This document shows, one piece after another, positions 16,976-37,040 of a stretch of DNA of 64,000 nucleotides. A model generated the notes under the pieces. That model had not been told where the DNA came from and searched no databases. It saw nothing but the letters and a program-made list of their open reading frames with translations. The stretch comes from the human T2T-CHM13v2.0 reference genome, Homo sapiens. The stretch lies in assembly GCF_009914755.1 (NCBI RefSeq), contig NC_060932.1; one strand, written 5' to 3'. Made by a program: the position numbers and the translations under genes. Positions within the stretch are counted from its first letter, which is position 1. The number at the start of each line of letters is the position of its first letter.

Positions 16976-17316
16976 AACAATTTTTTTAAAAATTCCTTTT
17001 GAGAACAAAAGAAAAATAGGAAAATTAAACCTGGCTAAGTTATTGGGAAAATGGAGGAAGATATACATGTTAGTATATATAATATAATCCTGATATTATA
17101 AACAACTACTATTTCATAGGAATTATGGATTAATAATAAGAATCCCATTTATCAGGTTTTCTAGAAGGCACCCTGTGAATTATAGACCAGTAAATGTCAA
17201 ATCTGTTCTAAGTCCACCATCTGATACTATGTTGATGCAACATAGTTCTATAAGAAGAAATTATGTATATTTAATTATGTATAATTAATATATATAACAT
17301 TAAATATATATATATA

Positions 17317-17468
17317 TTTCTTTTCTTTTCTTTTCTTTTCTTTTGTTTAGTAGAGATGAGGTTTCACCATATTGCCCAGGCTGGTGTTGAACTCCTGGCC
17401 TCAAGGGATCCATCTGCCTTGGCCTCCCAAACTGCTGGGATTACAGGTGTGAGCCACCACACCTGGCC
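17317..17468 (-). mobile_element. Alu left monomer/FLAM with (TTTTC)n tail
   Basis: tagtagagatgaggtttcacc...gtgagccaccacacctggcc. Confidence 0.88.
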
Positions 17469-17542
17469 TAATGTAGTATATTTTTTGAAGGTGTTAACAT
17501 TTTCAGACAACCTTTGGCAATATTTATTTGAAAGATTAATTT

Positions 17543-17840
17543 TGGCTGGGTGCCTAGTGGCTCACACCTGTAAGTCCAACACTGGGAGGCTGAGGTGGGC
17601 GGATTGCTTGAGCCCAGGAGTTCACAATCAGCCTGGGCAGGATAGTGAGTCCCCATTTCAACAAAAAAAAATTAAAAATTAGTTGCATGTGGTGGTGTGT
17701 GCCTGTAGTCCCAGCTACTCGGGAGGCTGAGGTGGGAGGATCACTTGAGCCCCAGAGGTCAAGGCTGAAGTGAGGTGTGATGGTGCCACTCCACTCCAGC
17801 ATGGGTGATAGAGCAAGAGACCCTGTCTCAAAAAAATAAA
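17543..17840 (+). mobile_element. AluJ
   Basis: Full dimer with J-type gagcccaggagttc and gaggtcaaggctg. Confidence 0.93.
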
Positions 17841-17871
17841 AGGAAGATTAAAAATTATTCAAGAATAATAT

Positions 17872-18213
<342 letters not shown>

Positions 18214-18598
18214 CTATTCAATAAACAAAGGGGAAAAATGCACATATCTTTGAAACTAGAAGTGAAAACCGTAAAGTAATCTGAGGATTCTTGCCAGAAC
18301 CAATATTTAATATTAATTTTAATTAAAAAGACAACTAACACATAATGAAATTTACCAGTTCACAGCCAAAATGACTGGATGATGGATTAGGAAAATTGTC
18401 TCCCACATTAAACAAAAATTTTCCAATATTTTTGCTCTGAAAAATGTGTTTTAGATGGGGTGAGGCCACTAGACCAATGGGCCTGTATTCATACTATTAG
18501 ATTTTCACTGTCCCCTTCAAGTACTATAATTTCCATGATTTCTAGCTCCCAGAATATTTGGTTTCTGCCTTTAAATGAACCTTATTTCTCTATACATA

Positions 18599-18745
18599 CA
18601 GGTTGAGTCCCCTATCTGAAAACTCAAAATTTGAAATGCTTCCCTGAGCATTTTCTTTGAGAGTCATGTCATGTTAATACTAAAAAAATTTCAGATTTTG
18701 GAGCATTTTGGATTTTGAATTTTCCAATTAAGGATACTCAACCTG
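18599..18745. mobile_element. Tigger4/MER46-type non-autonomous DNA transposon (MITE)
   Basis: TIRs CAGGTTGAGT ... ACTCAACCTG with TA on the left; internal tcagattttggagcattttggatttt. Confidence 0.88.
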
Positions 18746-19629
18746 CGTTATGACAGGCTGAGAAATTACATAAAAGAAACAAATTTAATATTCAAAAATC
18801 AAAATGCATTCCATATTACAAAGTACATTTCCTTCCTTATCTAGCTCGCTGCGATAGTTCACCATCCCATTCTATATTTCATGTTTCCGTGACATCTGGC
18901 TCTAGAGGACTAGTACAACAGGCACGTTATTTGGGATTCTTACATGTTAGTTCCTTGCCTTTTACATGAGGTGAGAGTCAACCTTTTGGATACCTTAACA
19001 GCCAAAGCCAAATTTACAATTCTAAGTTTACTCCCAAAACAGAGCTCCACTACTCAGCCTTGATTTCTTAACCAGTGTTTAACAGGACTGTGGTTGACAC
19101 AATTGGTTTACCCTTCAGAAGGTTCTTTACCTTCTTACAAGATAGTCTTAGTCTCATAAAGGCCCAATTATATAATCATGGGCATTAGTTTATTTATTAT
19201 AATATGGTTTTATTTTTATCAAATTAGTAAGTGAATTTTAACAACCAAATTTTGCTAATGAAATACATCAAAGTAGCATCAATCCCTGATACCCTCACCT
19301 CATTCTGCCCAACAGTCAGCCACTCTTTATAAGCTGTTTCTTCAAGTATTTATTTCCATATTTCTAAATAACCTGAATGGCCTATCATATCTTGATTCCC
19401 TATTACCGTATTCACTTGCTATTTGTTGTTAATAAGGGTTCTATCTCTTCTGCACTTCCTTTCTACACTTCCATCTTCCCAGTATTCTTATATCATATTC
19501 TTTTTTGTCAATCTTAATTGTCTTCATTATAAAGATGATATAAATATTGTTCATTGCTTAGTGAATTAATGTAGTGTGATAATATTTCTTGTCATTTTAC
19601 TATTGAAGTTACTCATTGCCACATTTTCT

Positions 19630-19932
19630 TTTTTTTCTTTTTTCTTTTTTTGAGATGGAGTCTCGCTCTGTCTCCCAGGCAGGAGTGCAGTGGCGCAATC
19701 TCGGCTCACTGCAAGCTCCGCCTCCTGTGTTCACGCCATTCTCCTGCCTCAGCCTCCCGAGTAGCTGGGACTAGAGGCGCCCGCCACCACGCCCGGCTAA
19801 TTTTTTGTATTTTTAGGAGAGACAGGGTTTCACCGTGTTAGCCAGGATGGTCTCGATCTCCTGACCTGGTGATCCGCCTGCCTTGGCCTCCCAAAGTTCT
19901 GGGATTACAGGCGTGAGCCACTGCGCCTGGCC
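19630..19932 (-). mobile_element. AluY
   Basis: Y diagnostics, CpG-rich; TSD ACTCATTGC(C/T)ACATTTTCT at 19611 and 19933. Confidence 0.96.
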
Positions 19933-21449
19933 ACTCATTGCTACATTTTCTATTTACTCAGTTTTTTAAAAATCTCTGTCTTCCCTCTCACTAACGCACA
20001 CCCCATTCCCATCAGTGGCTCTACCATAATTCCTCGCAATTTAATTTTTCACACTGTAAAACTTATCGAATAGCATCACCTCTGCTTTTCCCCCCAGAGC
20101 CATTTTTCCTGAAGTTCTTTTTCTGCCTTCTCTGTTCTGGGACTGTTAGTTCTCTAGACCTGCGGCACACTTGGCATAAAACAGCCAGATGAGAGAAGAT
20201 TGTGATTTGAGGTTGGTGTAAAGAATGTTAGAGAAAAATCTAGGGAACAATAAAATAATGTGTTCTTCTATTAATATAAATTAGTAAATTGACCAATATC
20301 TTTATTCTTTCATTCTAAAATATTAAGTATTATTATTTACTACATTAAAAAGTATAATAGTATAGAAAAATGTTGTCTGGCTAATATCTACTTGGATATT
20401 TAAAGTTTTTTATGAAATAGAAAATAATGCATTGGGCTTTTTTGCTATGAACTGTCATTGAGCTTATGCCATGTGAAGTGATGGTAGAGGTTGTTTGGGG
20501 TGGTATTTTACTGTTTTAACTTAGAAATAATCAGTTTTGTAGTTGTGCTTCATTTTAGGCATAGAAATTCTTGTCTTTTAGTAGAAAGTGAAAAATTCTC
20601 CAAGACATTCTTGACCAAACTAAGGATTGTCAGAAATAATTAGAAATAGGAACTTGAAGGTAAAGAAGAAGGAAAGGGACTTTAATTGTGTGGTTGCGTA
20701 ATAACAGATGTCTTCTGGAATAGAATTTCAGGTAAGATGAGGGATATAGAGGAAATGAATAACCAAAATGTATGTGGGTAAAGGGGGGTTTGAGAGAGGA
20801 AACTGAGACTGGCACGAAGGAGTATGTCGATTTTCTGGTCGGTCTTGCTGCTTACTCTCTTGAGGTAGTCATGAATGGAAAAAGCCAGATCAGAGGCTAC
20901 ATATTTCTGTATTTAGGAAAGGAGATGGGAATTTTGGACGATATGCATAGGGTGACCTCCTATTGGTGTTGCTATGCTGAGTATTTTGTTTCCTTTCAGA
21001 GGCACCTGGATAGACCACTTGTAACCAGGCAATAAACACAGACTCCAGTAAAATATGGATTCAAGCAGAGCCTTAAAAGGACAAGAGGGGCTGTGACGGA
21101 ATACCTCAAATTTCTTAAAATCTAGGCCTGGAAAAGATATTAAGTATTTTACTGCCTATCTTCTCCAAGGGAAGGATTTCTTAGGTACATTGAACTCTCA
21201 CATCTGTCACAATTTTAGTTAGGCCTTGTCAACGTTAAAATTAGTGTAATTTTCTCCTGATAAACAAGCTTGTGCTGAGACAGGAAAACACCACAGTTGC
21301 CTCAAAGTAGATGTAAGACATCAAGAAGACAATAAAATTTTAAAATTTTCAGCCCCCATGATGTTTATCCCTATAGATTTCTTTGCCAGAAATCCAGTAA
21401 ATGCGTTAAGTTTTCCTCAGGCTCCAGTAAACTGTCTACGCTAGTCTTA

Positions 21450-22270
21450 TTAGGCATTGTTCATTGAGAGCTTACTATATGCCAGATACACTGGCTACAG
21501 TCTGACAGAGGTTTGAAAAATAAGTACACTATGGTCTCTGCCCTCTAGGCTTTTATAATCTGGTTGGGAAGTAAAGCATAGACAAATGGAATGATAACTA
21601 AGAACTCAGAGCAGTATATGAAAAGTGTTAAATATACTCTATGGAAAATTAGACTTATGAGTCCAGGGAAGAATGAGAAGGCTTTAGGCCAGGTGATCAA
21701 TGATCTAGCTTCATGGAGAAGTGGAATACATAGAAAAGAGTAGCCTATTTATTTATTCAATAAATATTGAATGCCTCCTATGCGTCAAATACTATTATGG
21801 ATACTAGGGTGACAGCATTAAACAAAAGAGGTAATATTTCTGCTTTCATGTCTAATGCACATATATTTAGTAGGGAAGACAGACAATAATAAATATTTGG
21901 AACTACCTCAAAATATAAATACACCTACTCGTGTGCAGAGATTATATAGCTTTACATTTTCTGTAACTGACTTAATTTTTCTTACAAGCCTAAACTTCAT
22001 TTAGATTAAGGATGTTGGTTGTTAGAGAAGAGAAGCAGTAAGGGAGTATACATTAAATTTGCCATCAATAAAAAATAGTTTCAACATGGAGAAATAGCAT
22101 GAATAAAGACGTGGAGGTTTCTAAGCATTAGGATTTTTTGGTAGGACAGTGAAAAAAATTAATCTTTCTAGAGTGAAGGAACTGTGCAGGGAAATAATGG
22201 AAGATACACTAAGAAGTGTATATTTTATCACGAGCAGTTGGGAACCAAAGTTTATAGACTTGAATGAATG
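21450..22270 (-). mobile_element. L2 remnants
   Basis: tcattgagagcttactatatgccag, tggtctctgccctc, attcaataaatattgaatgcctcctatg. Confidence 0.65.
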
Positions 22271-22364
22271 GTATGACATAGAAGAAATGGTATTTTAATG
22301 AAATTTGTTATGCTTAGTCTTTTTTGGCAAAGGATTTGAAGTGGCATTCAATAAAACATAAAAA

Positions 22365-22805
22365 ATGAAAACTGCAGACTAATACCTCTGGAGAATATGG
22401 ATGCAACAATCCTCAACAAAATGCTAGCAAACTGAATCCAGCAACATAGAATGAATTATACACTATGGCCACATGGGATTACCCAGAAATGCAAGGTTGG
22501 TTTAATATCTGAAAATCAATTAACGTAAAGCACTATATCGGTAGAATTTTTTAAGTCATATGATTATCTCAATAAGTGAAAAAAATTTTTAGACAAAATC
22601 CAATACCCTTTCATAATAAAAACATGCAAAAAACTAGGAATAGAAGGGAGCTTACTCAACTTGATAAATCACAGTTATGAAAAACTCACAATTATCATCA
22701 TAGTTGATGATAAAAGACTAGATACTTTCCCCCTGAAATCAACAATAAGACAAGAATGTCTGCTTACATCACTTCTATTTAACATTGTACTGGAAGTTCT
22801 AGTTG
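22365..22805 (+). mobile_element. Old L1M ORF2 fragment
   Basis: gatgcaacaatcctcaacaaaatgctagcaaactgaatccagcaac; ORF 22661-22861 contains [18 protein letters not shown]. Confidence 0.88.
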
Positions 22806-23814
22806 GAGTAGTTAATTTCACCCAGTATGCTTCCAATCCCTTACTATGTTTAACTTTATAAGCAAAAACTGATCATATGGAGGTCCTCTTACAGAATGAG
22901 AGACTCTTAGAACTGTCAGGTACTTCAGAAATTGTGTTATTTAATTGATTCATTATCATTCATTAGCCCACATGAGAGTGAAACTCTACTTAGCCTCCTG
23001 CTGCCCTCTGTGAGCCTTCTTGCACTCCCCACTCCTCTTTTCAGTGGACACAACCAGAAAACCTCAAGTATCCTCAGAGTTTGACAGAAACGGGAGAGGG
23101 TATAAGCTTGATGCCATATTAAGCTGTTTTCCATTGGATGAGGAAAGCATAGCTTCCTGTTTGTTAAAACAGGATTTCTGTTTTCTTAAAACAGTATAGG
23201 TTCCTGATTCTTAAATTTCTTCCTGATAACTTCTTCTCTTAAATCCACATGATTTTTCTGATGGAATCCTTGCTAGAAAGCCAAGTTAAGGCCTCAGAGC
23301 TGTTCATTTATTTGCCATCCACCCTTCAGAAAATTCTTAGACTGGGTCAGTCAGCAGTCTATATCTATGCACTTAACTCACTGTCCAGGGCACCCAATCA
23401 TTTATAGAAGAGGAAGATTCAACATAGTAATGTCTAATACCTGAGTCATCCCGTCTTCCCAACTAGTCTAATCCTTCTTAATGAGTCTTACTGTCTGTCC
23501 CCCTATTTTTCTGTTATGGCCTGACTTTTAATATAAGGCTGATTCTGAATCAGATTAATCAAATGCATGTTAAATTTGAGTGGTGGTTTTGTGGGGAGAG
23601 GGAAAAGATGGGCCAGTAAACCCTAAAACACAGAGCAATTATTTTGCACATCTTTGAAAGTGCTTTACAACAAATGAAGAAACAGTCTATGCTCATGGAT
23701 GGGAAGAATCAATATTGTGAAAGTGGCCATACTGTCCAAAGTAATTAATAGATTGAATGCTATTCCCATTAAACTACCATTGACACTCTTCCCAGAATTA
23801 GAAAAGAAAACTAT

Positions 23815-29531
<5,717 letters not shown>

Positions 29532-29790
29532 AAAAAAAACTTTTTAAAAATTCAAATGGAACCAAAACAGAGCCTGAATAGCCAAGATAATTCTAAGCAA
29601 AAAGAGCAAAGCTGGAGGCATCACACTACCAGACTTCAAACTATGCTATAAGGCTACAGTAACCAAAACAGCATGGTACTGATACAAAAACAGATACATA
29701 GACCAATGAAACAGAATAGAGAACTGAGAAATAAGACTGCACACCTACAACCATCTGGTCTTTGACAAACCTGACAACAACAAGCAATAG

Positions 29791-29910
<120 letters not shown>

Positions 29911-31189
29911 TAAAATGTAAAACCCCAAACTGTAAAAACCCTAGAAGAAAATCTAGGCAGTACCATTCAGGACATAGGCATGGGCAAAGATTTCATGACG
30001 AAGATGCCGAAAGTAACCCAACAAAAGCAAAAATTGACAAATGGGATCTAATTAAACTAAGGAACTTCTGCACAGCAATAGAAACTATCATCAGAGTGAA
30101 CAGACAACCTACAAAATGGGAGAAAAATTTTGCAAACTAACCATCTGACAAAGGTCTAATATCCAGAGTCTACAAGGAACTTAACCAAATTTACAAGAAA
30201 AAAAACAACCCCATTAAAAAGTGGGCCAAAGACGTGGACAGATACTTCTCAAAATAAGACATACATGTGGTCAAGGAACATGAAAAAAAGCTCAGGATCA
30301 CTGATCATTAGAGAAAGGCAAATCAAAACCACAATGAGATACCATCTCACACCAGTCAGAATGGCTATTCTTAAAAAGTCAAAAAACAACAGATGCTTGC
30401 AAGGTTATGGAGAAAAAAGGAATGCTTTTACACTGTTGAGTGGGAGTATAAATTCAACCATTGTGTGAGACAGTGTGGTGATTCTTCAAAGACCTAGAGG
30501 CAGAAACACCATTTGACCCAGCAATTGCATTACTGGTTATATACCCAAAGGAATATAAATCCTTCTGTTATAAAGATACATGCACGTATATGTTCATTGC
30601 AGCACTATTCACAATAGCAAAGACATGGAATCAACCTAAATGCCCATCAGTGATAGACTGGATAAAGAAAATGTGGTAAGTATACACCATGGAATAGTGT
30701 GCAGCCATAAAAAGGAACAAGATCGTGTACTGTGCAGGGACATGGATGGAGTTTAAAGCCATTATGCTCAGCAAACTAATACAAGAATAGAAAACCAAAC
30801 ACCACATGTTCTCACTTATCAGTGGGAGCTGAATGATGAGAACACATGGACACAGGTTGGGGAACAACACACACTGAGGTCCATGGGTGGAGGGGTGAGG
30901 GAGGGGTGGAGAGATGGAGAATATCAGGAAGAATAGCTAATGGATGCTGCACCTAATACCTAGGTGATGGGATGATCTGTGCAGGAAACCACCATGGCAC
31001 AGATTTACCTATGTGACAAACCTGCACATCCTGCACATGTACCACTGAACTTAAACGTTAAAGGAAAAAAAAATGCTTTTCTTTTGCATCAGGGGAGTTA
31101 AGAGAGAATGGAGAGAATTGTTGCAGATAAGGTCTGTTTGTTGATTTTTCTCAGGATATGAGTCTCGGGGGACATGTAAGAAAGAAAAC

Positions 31190-31440
31190 ATAGTGGTCAA
31201 GAACTTGAGCTTTGTTGTTGGAGTCCGGCAATAAATCCCATCTCCTGTGTTTACTTTCTGTGTGGCCTTGGACATGTTACTTTAATTCATGTGAGCTTCA
31301 ATTTAATCATCTGCAAAATTGAGATAATAATAGTCTTCCCCAATGGGGTTGTTGTAGAGATTAATTGGGAAGCTGTTTCTTAAGCATTTTCCATAGTGAT
31401 TGTTATATAATAAGAACTCAATAAAAGCCATCACCATCAT
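31190..31440 (+). mobile_element. MIR
   Basis: tgtgtggccttggacatgttacttt...gagcttcaatttaatcatctgcaaaattgagataataatag. Confidence 0.8.
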
Positions 31441-32204
31441 TGTCATCTCATCTAGAGATCGTTAATTTTCATCTCTTTTTCTATCTACTACATTATATCT
31501 TGCCCAAGATCCTTCTCCTGTTTGCTTGATTATAGAGCATATATGACTATTGCTTAATGTTTTTGAGCTTGATTGGATAAAAGAATGATGTAATATTATG
31601 CTCCAATGTCCTATTTATCATCTGGCAGGCTTTGAAAGGGTGTCTGTTCCATAGACTTCTGTCCAGTTGATAACACAGTTTGCTCCAGCAGCTTATTCCT
31701 CAGGTAAATGAGATCTTGCTGAAACTACAGTTGATAGTGAGATGCTTCTGTAAGCACTGGGGTTTTTTTCAGGTGGCAGACTAACAGAAGGATGTGTGTA
31801 TCCCACTGCTTTGCTCTGCTCACCTTGCTCTTTTCACTCAGGATTCACTGTTGACTTTTCTCAGCCATAGGAAAGGTTTACATAACCAATCTTCATGAAA
31901 TCAGTTAGGACTGTTATTAATGGGTCACTGTCAAATTAATTATTGCTGAAATTTTAGCTCTTTGCAATAGATGAAGCAACTGTTAAAGCTGCATTGAAAG
32001 ACACTTGCATTTTCTCCTCAAAGATTCATTATTCCCAGTGTTTCTCTTCATAAGCTCTGTATGGTTAGTGACCCATATATGACCCTCTAAAATTGTTAAG
32101 AGCTTCAAAAGTCAATCCTATATTGAGTGCCCTATATTTTTTTGAACTATTTGTTGGGGGTTACATATAGATGAAAAATGTTAAACTTTCATTAATATAA
32201 AAAT

Positions 32205-33035
32205 GTATGACAAAGCAACAGCAATCAAGACAATATGATACTGGCATAAGGATAGACATATGGATCAATGAAATAGAATTGAGAGTTCAGGTACTAACTC
32301 TCCTGTTTATAGTCAATTGATTTTTGACAAGGTAGTCTAGATCATTCAGTGGAGGAAAGAATAGTATTTTCAAGGAATAATGCTAGGATGACTGGATATT
32401 CCCATGCAAAAGAATGAAGGAAAATGCCTAAATCATATCATATGTAACTCAAAATGGATCAAAGACCTAAATATAAAGAGCTAAAACTATAAAAATCCTT
32501 GAAGAAACTATAGGTGAAAATGTTCATGATGTTTGATTAAGCAGTGTTTTTTTAGATATGACACCAAATCACAAAAACTAAAAAGAAAAAGAATAGATAA
32601 ATGGAACTTTAAAAACCCTGAAGCTTTTATGCTTCAAAGGACATCACCCAGAAAGTGAAAAGACAACCCATAGAATCAGAGAAAATATTTGCTAATCATA
32701 TATTTGCAGAATGGGAGAAAATATTTGCTAATCATATATTTGATAAGGGACTTCTATCTAGACTGTAAAAAGGACTCTTATAACTCAGGAATAAAAATGC
32801 AAATAACCCAATTTTTAAATGGTCTCAAAGAATCTTAATAAACATTTCCCCAAAGATGTTGTAGAAATAACCAATAAGCACATGAAAAGTTTCTCAGTAT
32901 TATGAACCATCTAGGAAATGCAAATCAAAGCCACAAGAAAACACCACACTGACTAGGATGGCTACAGTCAAAAAAAGTCAAATAATAACAAGTTTCGACA
33001 AGAATGTGGAAAAATTGGAACCCTCTTACACTGGA
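32205..33035 (+). mobile_element. Old L1M ORF2 3' fragment
   Basis: gatactggcataaggatagacata...aactcaaaatggatcaaagacctaaat...ggaaatgcaaatcaaagccac. Confidence 0.88.
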
Positions 33036-33344
33036 CCAGAATGTTTACCTACATAACCTACTGCTACAGTGACATTTGGGGCACATTTGCAAAATTCTGA
33101 GAGTTGAATAGATCAGCATTTGACAACTACTGCACTAAAGTATCTTCTCTGAAAAGAATTTTGCTGTAAGTTCTTTTTTTTTTAAACAGAAACTATCATG
33201 TTTTGGGTTACATAGCTCCCCAACTGGAGCCTAGAGTAGCTAAGACGTGGTACTTCTGATTAAAGACAGATACATACGCTTAGGAAACCAGATGGAAATG
33301 GACAAGTTAGCAGAGAAGTTTATTGTGAAAATAAGGGTTAGAAC

Positions 33345-33890
33345 ATTTCACTTGGAGACTGTTTTAGCTGCATGTCACAGACACTCAAAATAGATATGAG
33401 TTTCTTTTTCTCAGGTAACAGTCCTTAGGTCAGTAGTCTAAGACTGGTATAGTGGCTCTGCTCCCTAAGGTCAATCAGAGACCCTGTCTCCTCTCTTGTT
33501 GTTAATTTATCATCTCTGAGGTATCTCACTGGCTTGGTCCAAGATGGCTTACCATGTCTGTGTTATAAGCAGCAGATTAGAGCATAGGGGAAATGAAACA
33601 GAAAGTAGGGACCCCTCCCTACAAGGACAAACTCTGACGTTGCGTGTAGCAGTTATGCTCACATTCCATTGGTCAGAATTTAGCCATGTCGTCACACCCA
33701 GCTCCAAGTGAGGCTGAGAAATGTAGTCTTTTTTCTTTTATTCTGCCTGTATAATTGCAGAATAGAAATATAGTATTTTACATGTGCCCTGCTAAAAATT
33801 GTTTTTCTGCTGTGTGCCCTGCTAAAAATTATTCTACTATGAAAGTAGGTGACAACAGATATTGGAGTACAACCAGCATCCGTAGCTAGA
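33345..33890. mobile_element. MaLR LTR (MLT1J-like)
   Basis: ggtccaagatggct, ctcacattccattggtcagaatttagccatg, gaggctgagaaatgtagtcttt. Confidence 0.7.
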
Positions 33891-34059
33891 GAGTCTTCAG
33901 GGTTACCTGGTAGGCAGTCATGATATTCCTCAGAAAGCAGCTTTGGTTCTTCCTCAATACTTCGAACATATCCTCAAATAGATCCTAAAGTTCTATATCA
34001 TATAATATGTCAGAAATAGTGTTAGCTTGCAAATTGTTCAGTACGTCTGTAGTGACAAA

Positions 34060-34810
34060 TATTGTCTTTTCCTATTGGTTCTACCCCTCTTCATCTGACG
34101 ATGAACTCCCTTTTCTTTAGGTAAACAATAGTTTCCTATTCCATTGTGGTTTTGATGGGGCTTCCCATTATAGGGTCGCCCTGTGACATTGGCCTGGCCA
34201 ATTGTTGTACTCCATCCTCCTGACATTTACTGGGTGATCTGATCACAGGGCCCAGACAAGGATAGTGTTTCATATGAAGACAGTGAGAAAGGTAAACTGT
34301 CTTTCCTGTAGTTAAATAAGTTTAGGTATAATACTGAAGCTTTCATTGTTCATGCTCCATCCTTCTTTACCACTGTCGTATGAAGAAAACCTGTCAGTGT
34401 TAGAGAGAGAAAAAGAGAGAAGGAGCCAAATGAACAGAAATAAGCAAACTTGAGAGACAAAGTCTTGATGACATCATCTGATTCCCTTGACACAGTTCTG
34501 GTCAATGAGGTGTAAAGAGAAGTGTTCTACAGATTTCTGGGAAAGTCTTTACTTTCTTTCTCCTCCTCCTCCTTGGAATAACAGTGATGGAAGTGACCAG
34601 CCACTTGTGACCATGTGATGACAAACAAGAGGAGAAAACACAGTAAGGATAACAAAGTGGACAGAGAAAATGGTCCTAAGATATCAGTGACATCATGCAG
34701 CTACTGCACCAGCCCTAACTTTAGGTTATGTGAGCAAAATAAACCTAAACAGTTAAGTCGTTGGTATTTGGCTCACTATTACATAAAGCCAAGCACAATC
34801 CTTACTGATC
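34060..34810. mobile_element. ERVL LTR remnants (LTR16/LTR33-like)
   Basis: tggcctggccaat, acagttctggtcaatgag, cagccacttgtgaccatg, ttatgtgagcaaaataaacc. Confidence 0.55.
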
Positions 34811-36904
34811 AGATGTTCTTACAGTATTCTAAGTCTGAGATGATAAAACCCAGGGAAAATACTGAGCACACAATGGACTTCAATGCTGAATAAATACTTG
34901 CTGAGTGAATTAATAAATGGATTCCTGAATTCATAGTAATTCTCATTTCTGTTCCTAGAAGTAGAAAAAATAAGATGTATACAACATATACTTCAAAAGA
35001 ATTGGAAGAAATTGTTGGCTAACTCCATGTTTGAGGGAGACAGATAGGTTAAGTACATACCATGGAGTGCTTTGAATATCAGATTGAAATGTTTTGCTTA
35101 AGTCAGTGAGCAATAGAGAGAAGTTGGTGTTTGTGCAGCTAGACAATGACTTAAACAGGTGTGCCTGAAAGTTCAGATCCGTTTTAGTCTGAAGCTCTCA
35201 GTTGTGCTCCCACATCGATAATAGTCATCTGTAATTATGTGATCTTCAAACATAAATATTATAGTTACATTTTACCTGTTGTATTATAATGAGGACCTAT
35301 TATCTCATTATTTAGTAAGGAAATATCTGTACTATGTAGTATCACCCATTGTTTTCAGAAGCTACAATTGTTATTGATTATATAGAAGGGCGAGAGTGCT
35401 GAGATTGCCCTGGGTTACGTTCATTTGGCTGCAGTAATTATTCATTTATTCCTGAATAGCAAGTAATCATCTTATTAAGTCTACTTACAGAGGTAGTGTA
35501 TGTAAAGACTAACACATGCTCATTTTCAAATCAGTGATTCAGAATAAATAAAACTTTTGTAGGAAAATATAAACCATGTTTTTAGGGGCAAAGAATAGAA
35601 CCACATCATTGGAGATCTGATGTGGGAGTTCTTTGATCTCTGCACTACATATCCTGGAGAAGAAAATAAAGACAACTTATAACACTAATTGAGCATTCCT
35701 TCCTTTGCCTTCTCCCCTTCCTCCTCCTCCTCCACTTAACCACTTGGTTTTAGGCACTTCCTTAGCCCTCCCTTCCCTTCAGTCCCCAGTGTAGATCCAC
35801 TTGGTAACCTGTCCATGAATGTTTGGTGCCTGTTCTTATGCTGTCTTTGATAGTTAAAAATTATGATTTTTTAAAGTAAAATCTCATTTGCAAAAAAAAA
35901 ATTACTTTAGCCAACATAAAATATACAGTACTTAGTTCACCATTTCTAAACTATTTCTAAAGTAGTGGTTATTTCTATCCAATGTAAAGTTTCCCTTTCC
36001 CCAGACTTTTTGCCATTATTTATTGTATTTGACTTCTCTACAACTATCTAAAGAATAAAGAACTACATAAAACACTATATTCAACTCTCTATGAAGCATG
36101 ATAAATTTACATTTTTTAAAATATTGTACTCAAGCTGGTAAGAACAGGTAAAACTCCCTTTGCTCCAGCTACATCTCCATCTCAGTCAGCCCCTGTCCTC
36201 TCAAGGTTACTATTAATATCTGCCTTCCTGTCTCCCCGGGCCTCTCCCATCTACTCCTCTGTAATTTCCATTTCTTCCCATTCATGCTAAATTATGTCAT
36301 CTCTCTGACCCTGAATTTTCTCTTGAATAATTGTTTTTTCCTCACCTACTGTTCTCTGATTTCTAATGCTTTTAATACCATGTACTTGTGACACACAAAA
36401 ATATTTGTACAGAAGGAGGAAAGTCCTAGGAAAATCGGTTCTAACTAATTTATGATCTTTTCCAAGTAAAAATGTGACAAATGAGCAGGCTGTTCAAAAT
36501 AATTAAGGGTCCGTGGTTTGCTTGGTTTCCTATCTGAGTTTGTACTTTTCTAACAAGCAACTTCTGGGCTTTTGGTTACTATTACATAAAGGAATAGACT
36601 TTTAAGAAAAATTAACATTAGAGCCATGGAAGTGTATATAATTCTCATCTAAGATTTCAGACATTTTTAGATTGCTTATTTCTAGAACTTTGGCTCTTCC
36701 TCAAAGGTTTTCCACAGCAAATGACTTAAAATCCTCTCAGATAATAGAGGAATAAAAAATAAACACCATGACTTAAACCCCGTAATCTTCCTTCTACATT
36801 TTTTAAGATTCTCGGACTTTAGCAAATGCCACAGGTGGCCCCTCACCATTCTTTCTGAAGACTGGCCCATTTAGTAGTGTACCTTTGAGAGACAAAAAAT
36901 ACAC

Positions 36905-37040
36905 TGGGGAGATGGAAGGCTTTGATGATGCTGGTGGTTACCCAAATGTATACATTTGTCCATGCCCATTCAACTGTACATTTTTAAAGGGTGAATTTTA
37001 TTGTTTACAAATTATACTTCAGTAAACCTAGCTTTAAAAA
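36905..37040 (+). mobile_element. L1M 3' end
   Basis: ggtggttac...gtatacatttgtc...caactgtacattt...ttttattgtttacaaattatacttcagtaaa. Confidence 0.7.
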
